Counted from the stretch's first letter, positions 29,221-41,026 are shown. The stretch is 64,000 nt of DNA from Octopus vulgaris (GCA_951406725.2 OX597839.1:37882001-37946000); one strand, 5' to 3'. Notes: generated by a model not told the origin, from the sequence alone. Translations and numbers: made by a program.

Positions 29221-29883
29221 TATATAGAGGGCATTATTACACATAAATGCCGCACGCTAGGAGGGACTCTTAAAATCAAAACTACCAAAATAAACATATC
29301 GTACCGAATGCAAGTCTCGAAGCAAAGTCATTTAAAAACAGAATTTAGCTGCAGTTTTGACTTTAAGAGTCCCTCTAGCGTGCGGCATTTATGTGTAATA
29401 ATGCCTCTATATAATATAAATAAATATTTTCAAGGAAAAATTTACAGATTTTTTCTCTTATGAGGTTTTTCAAGCTGACTACTTGATAATTTCTTATGAA
29501 GATTTTATCCTATTTTTTAATTATAAATTTCACCGGAATAATTCAATACTGAATTTTTGTTCCGAAGACAGCACGTTGTTTACCGAAATGCAACACACAC
29601 ACAGCCCGCCATTTACATAGATGCTACGGTGGATACGATGGTTGTTCGTCTGGTATGTTGATTTTGTTCATTCATTATAAATCTTGAATTCGCTGTACTG
29701 ACGAGTAAGGGACGCAGCTAATGCGTTGATTACGAAATTAGTGGTGATCTTCAACTAAATTCTGTTTTTAAATGACTTGCTTCGAGACTTGCATTCGGTA
29801 CGATATGTTTATTTTGGTAGTTTTGATTTTAAGAGTCCCTCCCAGCGTGTGGCATTTATGTGTAATAATGCCCTCTATATAAT
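29221..29883 (+). mobile_element. Penelope-like element remnant with inverted and direct terminal repeats
   Basis: 29221-29353 is the inverted copy of 29750-29883; 29351-29413 is a direct copy of 29817-29883. Confidence 0.65.
29692..29755 (+). ncRNA. Type I hammerhead ribozyme
   Basis: CTGACGA 29698-29704; helix II GTAA/TTAC extended by GACGCA/TGCGTT; GAAA 29734-29737; helix III ATTA/TGAT with loop GTGG; cleavage triplet AUC after 29749; helix I damaged here but restorable (GCTGTA/TGCAGC) from the inverted copy. Confidence 0.7.
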
Positions 29884-29884
29884 A

Positions 29885-30133
29885 AGGGGGTGGTTGCGAA
29901 CCCTGCTGTACTTTTTTTTTTCACCACAACTTTCTATCACTCTTTCTTCCTGTTTCTGTTGTGCCTGTATTTCAAAGGGGACAGCCTTGTCACACTCTGT
30001 GTCACGCTGAATCTACCTGAGAACTACGTTAAGGGTACACGTGTCTGTGGAGTGCTCACCCACTTGCACATTAATTTCATGAGCAGGCTGTCCCGTTGAT
30101 TGGATCAACTGGGATTCTTGTTGTCGTAACCGA

Positions 30134-30135
<2 letters not shown>
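29885..30135 (+). mobile_element. SINE C 3' part
   Basis: GAGAACTACGTTAAGGGTACACGTGTCTGTGGAGTGCTCA...GTCGTAACCGACG matches the copy at 57601-57850. Confidence 0.85.
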
Positions 30136-30195
<60 letters not shown>

Positions 30196-30620
30196 CGGGA
30201 AGCTTACGAAAATAAACAAAAGACGAAGGCAGGTGGAGTACAAACAAACAATTGTATTAGTATGGCGCTCAGGAATAGAAATAAAAAGTCTTTTACGTTT
30301 CGAGCCTACGCTCTTCAACAGAAAGATACACAGAAAAGAAACACGGAGAGAAACAAGGAAAGAAAAAAATGCGTGCAGGAGCTAACGATTTAACATGGCG
30401 GTCTGATTTCGGCCAGAAGTCAGAGATCAGACGTTAGACGCAAGAGGGATAGTAGGGGGGAATAACAAGGTCAAATGACCTCGACCCAACATAAGGGTGC
30501 ATGTGTGTATGAGAGTGTATGTATGTGCGTATGAAAGGTCTGGTCGTGTGTATGTATGTGATGTGTAATGCCGTATGGTGTAGTGTAGTGTCGTATGGTG
30601 TAGTGTAAATGAGTATGTAA
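30196..30620 (-). mobile_element. Penelope-like terminal repeat, long copy
   Basis: Minus strand CTGTTGAAGAGCGTAGGCTCGAAACGTA 30294-30321; homologous to 13830-14230; abuts (TA)n. Confidence 0.65.
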
Positions 30621-31335
30621 TGTTTTATATTAACTTTTGAATGATGAAATAATGTATTTCACTCATAAAATTAGTTGAATTAATATAGCCATAATAATTA
30701 ATTATTGCTATATATATATATTTATATATATAGCAATAGCAATAATCCTTGGAGTGAAGTTTTAAACATTTACTGCATCACTACACGCGTTTCCCCGAAT
30801 CACATGTCTCTTGAGATCAAAGTCCGTATACGTAGGATGATTACAGTATATTCCGTCGTATCTGTGTTATATTACTCAACCAATCATCGCACTGGTCAAA
30901 AGGGATAATCATCCCTCTGGTTGAACATCCATTAATATCATATCGTCTGAAGAAATGAAGATGATTTACCCAACGCCCACGAATACTAAGGACTACACTG
31001 TAATCATCTCAAGAATACGGACTGTGATCATAAGAGACACGTGACTCGCAGAAACGCGCGTAGCGATGCGGTAAATGTCTATAAATTCCATTCAACGATT
31101 ATTGTTATTTTTACAATATTTATCCTAGGTTATATCGGTACAGCACGATGCAACCCCGCAAAAAGTGTTTCACCAGTCAGCACCATTAAACTGTGTCCGG
31201 CATAATGGAATAGGAACTTTATTTGCATATTCAAAACGTTTCCCGTAAACAAATTAAAAAGGTATATGTGCGTGTGTGTGTCTGTGTGTGAAGGTCTTCT
31301 ACCTCTGATTGACAGCCGGTATTAGCTTGCTTAAA

Positions 31336-32305
31336 GGCGGCGAGATGGCAGAACCGTTAGCACGTCGGACGAAATGCTCAGCAGTATTTCGTCTACCGTT
31401 ACGTTCTGAGTTCAAATTCCGCCGAGGTCGACTTTGCCTTTCATCCTTTCGGGGTCGATTAAATAAGTACCAGTTACGCACTGGGGTCGATATAATCGAC
31501 TTAATACCTATGTCTGTCCTTGTTTGTCCCTTCTCTGTATGTAGCTCCTTGTGGGTAGTAAAGAAATAGGTATTTCATCTGTCGCTACGTTCTGAGTTCA
31601 AATTCCGCCGAGGTCGACTTTGCCTTTCATCCTTTCGGGGTCGATTAAATAAGTACCAGTTACGCACTGGGTCGATATAATCGACTTAATACCTATGTCT
31701 GTCCTTGTTTGTCCCTTCTCTGTATGTAGCTCCTTGTGGGTAGTAAAGAAATAGGTATTTCATCTGTCGCTACGTTCTGAGTTCAAATTCCGCCGAGGTC
31801 GACTTTGCCTTTCATCCTTTCGGGGTCGATTAAATAAGTACCAGTTACGCACTGGGGTCGATGTAATCGACTTAATCCGTTTGCCTGTCCTTGTTTGTCC
31901 CTTCTGTGTTTAGCCCCTTGTGGGTAGTAAAGAAATAGGTATTTCGCCCGTCGCTAGGTTCTGAGTTCAAATTCCGCCGAGGTCGACTTTGCCTTTCATC
32001 CTTTCGGGGTCGATTAAATAAGTACCAGTTACGCACTGGGGTCGATATAATCGACTTAATCCGTTTGTCTGTCCTTGTTTGTCCCTTTTGTGTTTAGCCC
32101 CTTGTGGGTAGTAAAGAAATAGGTACTTCGTCTACCGTTACGTTCTGAGTTCAAATTCCAGCGAGGACGACTTTGCCTTTCATCCTTTCAGGGTCGATTA
32201 AATAAGTACCAGCTACGTACTGGAGTCGATGTGATCGACTTAATCCGTTTGTCTGTCCTTGTTTGTCCCTTCTGTGTTTAGCCCCTTGTGGGTAGTAAAG
32301 AAATA
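31336..32305 (+). mobile_element. Five-unit tandem SINE A array inserted in an old SINE B
   Basis: One tRNA head, then about 184-bp units ending AAGAAATAG near 31569, 31754, 31938, 32122 and 32306; 16-bp direct repeat GGTATTAGCTTGCTTA at 31318-31333 and 32306-32321. Confidence 0.9.
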
Positions 32306-33457
32306 GGTATTAGCTTGCTTACGTTCGCGAGAAACTTAGTGGTTCGGCAAAATACGACCGATAGAATAAGTATCAGGTTTAAACAGAAACTTAAGTACTG
32401 CAGTTGATTGGTCCAACAGATCCTTTCAATGCAGTGCTCCAGCATGAGCACAGCCCAATGACTAGAACAAGTAAACTATTAAAGATATAAGATAACCACA
32501 TAATTACAGGCCATAAATGAAATTGTAACTACATATAAAATATTCTAGACGTTTCGCCAATGGCATGTCGCTAAAAACATCAGCAATTCTTGTAGATGTG
32601 ATCTTTGGTTATTTTCACCGATGATTGAGAGGAATTTTCCACAAGGCTTATTTTTATTTATTCTTATCTAATTTTAGCAGAAATCTTAGTTCTAACAGAA
32701 AAATAATAAAAGCTTCTAGCAAGTTCCTCTTGGAATATGTATTTATCAGATTTGCCAATTTTGCCCAAATTATCTGCCGTGTTTATGTCGTTTAGTATCA
32801 GTTTGTATGCGGATTAGATAAAAAAAGAAAAAAAAAATCCTATTTTTTTGCGAAGATAAAAAATGGAAGCATTTTAGAGTGATGTGTTTAGACAAAATCG
32901 TAAGAGCTATATTTTGAGTCAAAAATATGAGTCATATCTTAAAGCATAGATTATACATGAGTCATGATCTAAGGAAAGAATATGTGTGCTTCAATACACA
33001 AAAAATACGATGCCATGTTTGAAGACAGTCATATCTTAAGGTATACATGTATGTCAATATAATACACAAATATGATGAAGCTTGTTTAAAAACACAACGG
33101 TGTCAGACGTATCTTAAGACATGAAGTGAGATATAAATGTGTCATATCTTAACTCAAAAATATGATATCATGCTTGAAGACATAAAGGCGAAAGTTGTAC
33201 CTTATGGTATAGATCTAAGGCATATCTTATGATATAAGTGATTGTCATATCTTAACACATTGAGACTATACGACGGTCGTTTACTTGGTCCGCTTGCATG
33301 TTAACAGACGTGTGATCTTTATTCGTTCAACATCCTCACATTAACGCAAAGCAAATCGCGGTTATTTCGTCCATTGATCATTACAGCTATATGTATCTGT
33401 AAATGTTTGTATGTCAATGTATATATATATACAAAATAAGCAACAAGAATGACTCCG

Positions 33458-33553
33458 GTAATTTGGTACAATTGTTTCGCACTACATCATTTTATAAAAA
33501 ATTTGAAAGTATTACAGCAGATTTAAGATGCTGAGTACTCATCAGCCAATTAC
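33458..33553 (-). ncRNA. Type I hammerhead ribozyme (best-formed in window)
   Basis: Minus strand GTAATTGG-CTGATGA-GTACT...AGTGC-GAAA-CAATTG-TA-CCAAATTAC: intact core, 5-bp helix II extended by GCATC/GATGT, palindromic ACAATTGT helix III, GUA cleavage triplet, 8-bp helix I with one bulge. Confidence 0.8.
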
Positions 33554-33596
33554 ATAGGTTTTCCATTAATACAAAGGCTTCAAATCTCTGCAGAGG

Positions 33597-33686
<90 letters not shown>

Positions 33687-33928
33687 TGACATACATACTC
33701 ACACGCAAGTATATATGATGGTGGTATATCATTTAGGTTTGTGTGTGTTGGAATATAGGAATTTTCTATTTCTGCATTAATATAAGCTGGTACACATATA
33801 CTTGTTTAATACTTACACACACACACACATATATATACACGCACACACATGCCTAAGTACACATATACAGACACCATCAGACACAGACACTTAATTTATA
33901 CTTGTATATATATACATATGTACATATG

Positions 33929-33997
<69 letters not shown>

Positions 33998-34078
33998 CTA
34001 GATAGATATATACGTATATATATACATATACATACATATATACACACAAACGCACATAGCTTTCTATCTACATCTATA

Positions 34079-34126
<48 letters not shown>

Positions 34127-34168
34127 GACAAGTATTCGTAGAGCACATTTATGTTTGTGTGTTTGTAC

Positions 34169-34217
<49 letters not shown>

Positions 34218-34543
34218 TGTGTGTGTGGCTCAGTATCTCTGTGTATCTGCTAATTTTCATATACGCACACAACAGCTAGAGTATTCGTGAATATGAAAAT
34301 ATTTTGAAATTAACAATGTCTCCAAATGTGTTGTCTCTTATAACATACACTTATGGACTATATTGACTGATATTCAATGACTAAATTTCCATATAATTAC
34401 TATATTTTATAAGCTGAAATAATTTTCATGAAATATTTTATAATTTCAAATAATTTTCAGGAGATATTTAAGAGAATGCTAGACAACACTGGCGGATATG
34501 TGATGAGCGCCTGTCTCATATATTAATATTATCTTTACATACG

Positions 34544-34621
<78 letters not shown>

Positions 34622-34660
34622 CTATCTATCTATTGATCTGTCTCTCTCGTTCATCATTTG

Positions 34661-34708
<48 letters not shown>

Positions 34709-34712
<4 letters not shown>

Positions 34713-35045
34713 GCAGCGTGGAAGGTGTTTGTAAGCCATTTAAGAAACACGCAAAAACCGTTCGATTCACTTCAACATTTAAGTTTAATTTGTCAAAATA
34801 TTTTCGTCGCTATAAGACCGCGACCTGTTCACTGACAAAAATCCGTGCTGCATCTGAGAAAGTAACAGTTAGTTCGTTATATATATATATACGTATGTAT
34901 GTGTGTATCTATGTATACACGCATGTATGCATGCATGCATGCATACATGCGTGTATACATACAAATTAAACTTAAATGTTGAAGTGAATCGAACAGCATT
35001 TGCGTGTTTCTTAAATGGCTTACAAACACCTTGCATGCTGCAATT
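34709..35045. repeat. 85-bp inverted repeat pair (Penelope-like ends)
   Basis: 34709-34793 vs 34961-35045, 5 mismatches; left arm starts at a (TA)n tract. Confidence 0.85.
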
Positions 35046-35103
35046 GTTTTCGTTCCAGCACACGATCTCAGATAAAATCATTTGCTATGCAAGTACATCT
35101 CCG

Positions 35104-35145
<42 letters not shown>

Positions 35146-35240
35146 GACGGGTTCCTTTCAGTTTCCGTCTAATGAAGTCACTCACAAATCATTGGTCGGC
35201 CCAGGGCTATAGTAGAAGACACTCGTATAATGTGTTGCAT

Positions 35241-35638
35241 GGCGTAGGAGTGGCTATGTGGTAAGTAGCTTGTTTACCAACCACATGGTTCCGGGTTCAG
35301 CTCCACAGCGTTGCACATTGGGCAAGTGTCTTCTACTATAGCCTTGGGCCGACCAAAGCCGTGAGAGTGGATTTGGTAGACGGAAACTGAAAGAAGCCCG
35401 TCGCATATATGCACGTGTGTGTATATGTTTGTGTGTCAGTGTTTGTCCCGCCAACATCGCTTGACAACCGATGCTGGTGTGTTTACGTCCCCGTATCTTA
35501 GCGGTTCGGCAAAAGAGACCGATAGAATAAGTACTAGGCCTACAAAGAATAAGTCCTGGGGACGATTTGCTCGACTAAAGGTGGTGCTCCAGCGTGGCCA
35601 CAGTCAAATGACTGAAACAAGTAAAAGAGTAAAAGAGT
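35241..35638 (+). mobile_element. SINE B, full length
   Basis: Head to tail matches the other copies; opposite-strand fragment at 35145-35225. Confidence 0.9.
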
Positions 35639-35814
35639 GGCACCGAACGCAAGACCACATGATAGGCAAGCAAACTTCTTACCCACAATGCCACAGCTGC
35701 GCCTGCTTTTCTTTTTGTTTTTCTTTTTGCTGAAAGGTTGTTGAACTTTTGTCTGTAATCAGAAACAAGCCATTAATTTTAATTATATAAACAAATATGG
35801 ACGGACGAAAATGA

Positions 35815-36580
35815 AAGGCATGGTTGCGCCGGTGAAGAAGCTCGTTCTGCAATCAGCCAGTTTCGGGTTCAATTCTACTGTACGGCATCTTATTAATGCA
35901 AGTGTCTTCTACTATAGACATCGACCGATCAATGACTTTTGAGTGGATTTAGTTGACGGAAACTATTAGGAAACCCGTTGCATGTATGTATGTATGTATG
36001 TATGTATGTATGTATGTATGTATGTATGTATGTATGTATGTATGTATGTATGTATGTATGCATGTATGCATGTATGCATGTATGCATGTATGTATGCATG
36101 TATGCATGTATGCATGTATGCATGTATGCATGTATGTATGTATGCATGTATGTATGTATGCATGTATGCATGTATGCATGTATGTATGTATGCATGTATG
36201 TATGTATGTATGCATGTATGCATGTATGCATGTATGTATGCATGTATGTATGTATGTATGTATGTATGTATGTATGTATGTATGCATGTATGTATGTATG
36301 TATGCATGTATGTATGTATGCATGTATGTATGAATGTATGTATGTATGTATGTATGTATCTATGTGTGTGTATGTGTGTTTTAGTGTTTTTCGTGCCAAC
36401 ACAAACATATAACCGGTGTTGGTTTGTGTATGTCCTTCCAACTTGGCGGCTCCGCAAAAATGACCGATAGAATAAGAACAGGACTTGAAAATAGATACTG
36501 GGGGTAGATTCATAAAATCTTTCAAGGCGGTGCCCCAGTATGGCAGTCACCTAGTGACTGAAACCAGTAAAGATAAAAGA
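35815..36580 (+). mobile_element. Old SINE B with greatly expanded internal (ATGT/ATGC)n tract
   Basis: Diverged 5' half 35815-35980, microsatellite about 35983-36360, diverged 3' half to GACTGAAACCAGTAAAGATAAAAGA. Confidence 0.75.
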
Positions 36581-36681
36581 TACACACACACACACACACA
36601 CTGATAGCTGTCATGGGGGGATCAATATAATTCGGAATAACAGTGATTTGGTCTGTGTTGGTGTAAGGACATAAATATATA

Positions 36682-37100
36682 GGCGCAGGAGTGGCTGTGT
36701 GGTAAGTAGCTTGATAACCAGCCACATGGTTCCGGGTTCAGTCCCACTGCGTGGCATCTTGCGCAAGCGTCTTCTGCTATTGCCCCGGGCCGACCAATGC
36801 CTTGTGAGTGGATTTGGTAGACGGAAACTGAAAGAAGCCTGTCGTATATATGTATATATTTATATGTGTATGTGTGTGTGTGTGTGTGTGTCTGTGTTTG
36901 TGTGTCTGTGTTTGTCCCCCTAGCATTGCTTGACAACCGATGCTGGTGTGTTTACGTCCCCGTCACTTAGCGGTTCGGCAAAAAGAGACCGATAGAATAA
37001 GTACTGGGCTTACAAAGAATAAGTCCCGGGGTCGATTTGCTTGACTAAAGGCGGTGCTCCAGCATGGACGCAGTCAAATGACTGAAACAGGTAAAAGAGA
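36682..37100 (+). mobile_element. SINE B, full length
   Basis: Near-consensus head to tail. Confidence 0.92.
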
Positions 37101-37227
37101 GCGAGAGATATACGTAGATAAATAGCCAGACACACAGACATACGAAATATAGCGATTAAGATCATGGAGCAGGAAGAAGACAAACATATAAATATTACAT
37201 AAAACCAGTCAAGTAAAACGCGTTATA

Positions 37228-37637
37228 TACTCTTTACTTGTTTCAGTCATGTGACTGCGGCCATGCTGGAGCACCGCCTTTAGTCGAGCAAATCGATCCC
37301 GGGACTTATTCTTTTTGTAAGCCCAGTACTTATTCTATCGGTCTCTTTTGCCGAACCGCTAAGTGACGGGGACGTAAACACACCAGCATCGGTTGTCAAG
37401 CAATGCTAGGGGGACAAACACAGTCACACAAACACACACACACACACACATACATATATATATATACATATATACGACAGGCTTCTTTCAGTTTCCGTCT
37501 ACCAAATCCACTCACAAGGCATTGGTCGGCCCGTGGCTATAGCAGAAGACACTTGCCCAAGGTGCCACGCAGTGGGACTGAACCCGGAACCATGTGGTTG
37601 GTTAGCAAGCTACTTACCACACAGCCACTCCTGCGCC
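37228..37637 (-). mobile_element. SINE B, full length
   Basis: Near-consensus; inverted relative to 36682-37100. Confidence 0.92.
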
Positions 37638-37789
37638 TATATATTCTATATCAATGTGAACAGGGTAGTGTTAGTGAAGATAGAATACCGGATCAATTCT
37701 CCTAGTAGAGAAGATCGATTTTGTTATTATGTGTGTTAAAATTCTTCTGCAACAGACGTATCCGTTTTGATGGTCAGTCCACATTACTC

Positions 37790-38015
37790 CGTAAGCAGTA
37801 AAGGGCCGGTTCCCCGGTTTCTCTGGCGTATATATTTCTTCCTGGACGAGATGCCAGTCTGTCGCAGGGTTACCCATTCTTGCCAGCTGAGTGGACTGGA
37901 GTAACGTTAAACGAGTTGTTTTGCTGAAGAATACAAAGCATCGCCCGGTCCAGGAATCGAAACCACAATCTTACGATTATGAGTCCAACACCTTAACCAC
38001 AAAACCATAAGCCTC
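37790..38015 (-). mobile_element. Diverged tRNA-derived SINE
   Basis: Minus strand TGGTTAAGGTGTTGGACTCATAATCGTAAGATTGTGGTTTCGATTCCTGGACCGGGCG...CCCTGCGACAGACTGGCATCTCGTCCAGG. Confidence 0.7.
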
Positions 38016-38703
38016 TACAATAATTTCAGGTTCTTTTCAGAATGAAGTTATTTTTCTCTGTCTTCATCCACGCAGCTGAGAATCAGACAATCATGTGATA
38101 GTTCAAAAGGGGATCACGTGTTAGAGTGATAGACTTGGCGATGGAGCAAAGTAAGATAAAGCAAGAGACAAAAGAATGAAACGCCATATTTTCTGAGCAG
38201 CAGATAATCAGACAATCAGACGATAGATCAATAGAAGACCACATGATGAAATGACATACTTGGAAATGGAGAAAAAGAATGACAAGAAGATAAAGCAAAA
38301 GGCTAAAGGATGGAAAACCAGACGTCCAGACGACCACATAATCAGACGATGAGATTATCAAATACTCAGGCATTAGATTAACAGAGAATCAACGTGCTGG
38401 AATAATCAACTGGGTGATGGAGGAAAAGAAAAACATGGAGATTAAGCAACGGGTCAGATGATGGAGAGCAAAACCCGAGAAATGAGAAACAGAAAACCAG
38501 ACGATCAGATTAAAAAATAGTTCAACAAATGACCACATGATGGAGTTACAGACATGGAGATAAAGCAAGGCATCGAACCGGATGTCTTACGGTGTTTTTT
38601 TTTTCCAGCTTTTTAAGTTCTGAGTTCAAATCCAGCGGAAATCAACTATGCATTTCATTCTTTCAGGGTCGATGAAAATAAAAAGTATGAAGGATCATTA
38701 ATA

Positions 38704-39102
38704 GGCGCAGGAGTGGCTGTGTGGTAAGTAGCTTGCTAACCAACCACATGGTTCCGGGTTCAGTCCCACTGCGTGGCATCTTGGGCAAGTGTCTTCTGCT
38801 ATAGCCCCGGGCCGACCAATGCCTTGTGAGTGGATTTGGTTGACGGAAACTGAAAGAAGCCTGTCGTATATGTGTATGTATATATATGTGTGTGTGTGTG
38901 TGTGTGTTTGTCCCCCTAGCATTGCTTGACAACCGATGCTGGTGTGTTTAAGTCCCCGTCACTTAGCGGTTCGGCAAAAGAGATCGAAAGAAAAAGTACT
39001 GGGCTTACAAAGAATAAGTCCCGGGGTCGATTTGCTCGACTAAAGGCGGTGCTCCAGCATGGCCGCAGTCAAATGACTGAAACAAGTAAAAGAATAAAAG
39101 AA
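38704..39102 (+). mobile_element. SINE B, full length
   Basis: Near-consensus head to tail. Confidence 0.92.
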
Positions 39103-39616
39103 AGAGAAAAAGCCAGGCACTCGATTCTCTGTATTTTGAGTTCAAATCCCACCAACGACCACTTTGCTTTTGATCTCTTTCGGGGTCGATTAGAAAGAAT
39201 CAGTCCAAAGATTCAAATGAAGGGGTTAACGTCGGCGTAAATAAATATATTTCGGGGTAATTGTCTAAAAGTTCCCCGACCCCTAATACTATACACAACG
39301 AATTACCAGAAGCAGTAGATGTATATAGTCGCCTTCTCTCTTGTCAGTGTCCATTCAATTAAGACACTGTAAGGACTCATAATGCGAATCTCTAAGTAGA
39401 TATGGCGTGAATCATCAAACTTATTATACACACATGTAAACTCTACTATATGTATTGAGCACTTTTTTGCCTCGGTTGCAACTCTCAACCTAAACGCTTA
39501 TAAACAGTTGTCCATGCATATATACATATAAATATGAGTATATATATATATATGTATAATCATTTATATATTCGTAGATATTTCTGTTTCCTTCTCCCAT
39601 CTTTCTCTTTCCCTCT

Positions 39617-39689
<73 letters not shown>

Positions 39690-39719
39690 CGTATGAGTTA
39701 TATCTATGCATGAGATAAT

Positions 39720-39757
<38 letters not shown>

Positions 39758-39909
39758 GAATGTATACATTATACATACATATATTAATACATATTTGCAT
39801 TTATATATATATATATATATATATATTTATACATATATTCTTGCATGTATGTATATACATGCACATATATGCATACATACATACATACATACATACATAC
39901 ATGCATACA

Positions 39910-39947
<38 letters not shown>

Positions 39948-39967
39948 CATACATATCCATATATGTC

Positions 39968-40011
<44 letters not shown>

Positions 40012-40780
40012 GACTTCTGACAATGCTGACAGTTTGGTTTGTATAGCGCTGTCATCACTTGACTAGTTCGGACCTTACAACAACAATAACAACAACAACA
40101 ACAACTACAACAGTAAGAACTAGCCCCTCAACCACCACACCACTATTTCCCCTCCTCCCACTAACGTCTCGCTTTTGCATATAACAATATTTATATGATA
40201 GGCATGGTTGTGGTGATGGTGGGAGTGGTGGTGATGGCAGTGGTGGTGGAGGTGGTGGTGGTGGAGGTGGTGGTGGTGGTTGTTGTTGCCGATGTGGTCG
40301 AGGGTGGGCGGAGGGGGTGATGATGCTAGTGGTGGCGTTGACCGTGGCGGTAGTATATATATATATATATATCGATGGCGGTGTTGATATTGGTGATGAT
40401 GGAGTATATATATATATATATATATACACTTGAGCTTCTTTCAGTTTCCGTCTATCAAATTCACCCACAAAGCCTTTAAATTCGGCCTATGAGGCTATGG
40501 TAGACGACACTTGCCCAAGGTGCCACACTGTGGGACTGAACCTGGAACCATGTGGTTCATAAACAAGCTACTTACCACACAACCACTCTTACACATAGTT
40601 TCATGTTTTTGTAATTAAGATCCCAAACTGTTAATATATGAATCACGAAAAGAGTTGAATAACTGTAAAACCTACTTTTTGGCCACCTTGTATATTAAAT
40701 ATTTACAGTTAATCCATATTATCACTTAAATATAAGATATTCATAGTTAATCCATGTCTTCTGACTTTTTACCATTACAG

Positions 40781-41026
40781 CTCGGAATTTACTGAAACCA
40801 AACAACAATGTCTCCTCCCCAGTTTGTGATTCTCCGAGAAATCAATCAGTGAAACCGAGTGTAGCCTGCACTGCGCAAAGCCCTCCAAAACGGCCATCCC
40901 CTCTTACCTCAGATGCAGAATCTTCCAACAACAAGAATCTACCACAGAAACATTCTCACAAGCACCACTACACGTTCAAGGCGGCGACTATACAAGGATC
41001 AGATTGTCGGACCGATGGACTTTGTG
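40781..41026 (+). CDS. Candidate internal coding exon of an unidentified host gene (Ser/Pro-rich)
   Basis: Branch-like CTGAC plus TTTTTACCATTACAG acceptor, donor TG|GTAATG, length 246 (phase 1-1), only one open frame: RNLLKPNNNVSSPVCDSPRNQSVKPSVACTAQSPPKRPSPLTSDAESSNNKNLPQKHSHKHHYTFKAATIQGSDCRTDGLC; non-repetitive and more GC-rich than flanks. Confidence 0.5.
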
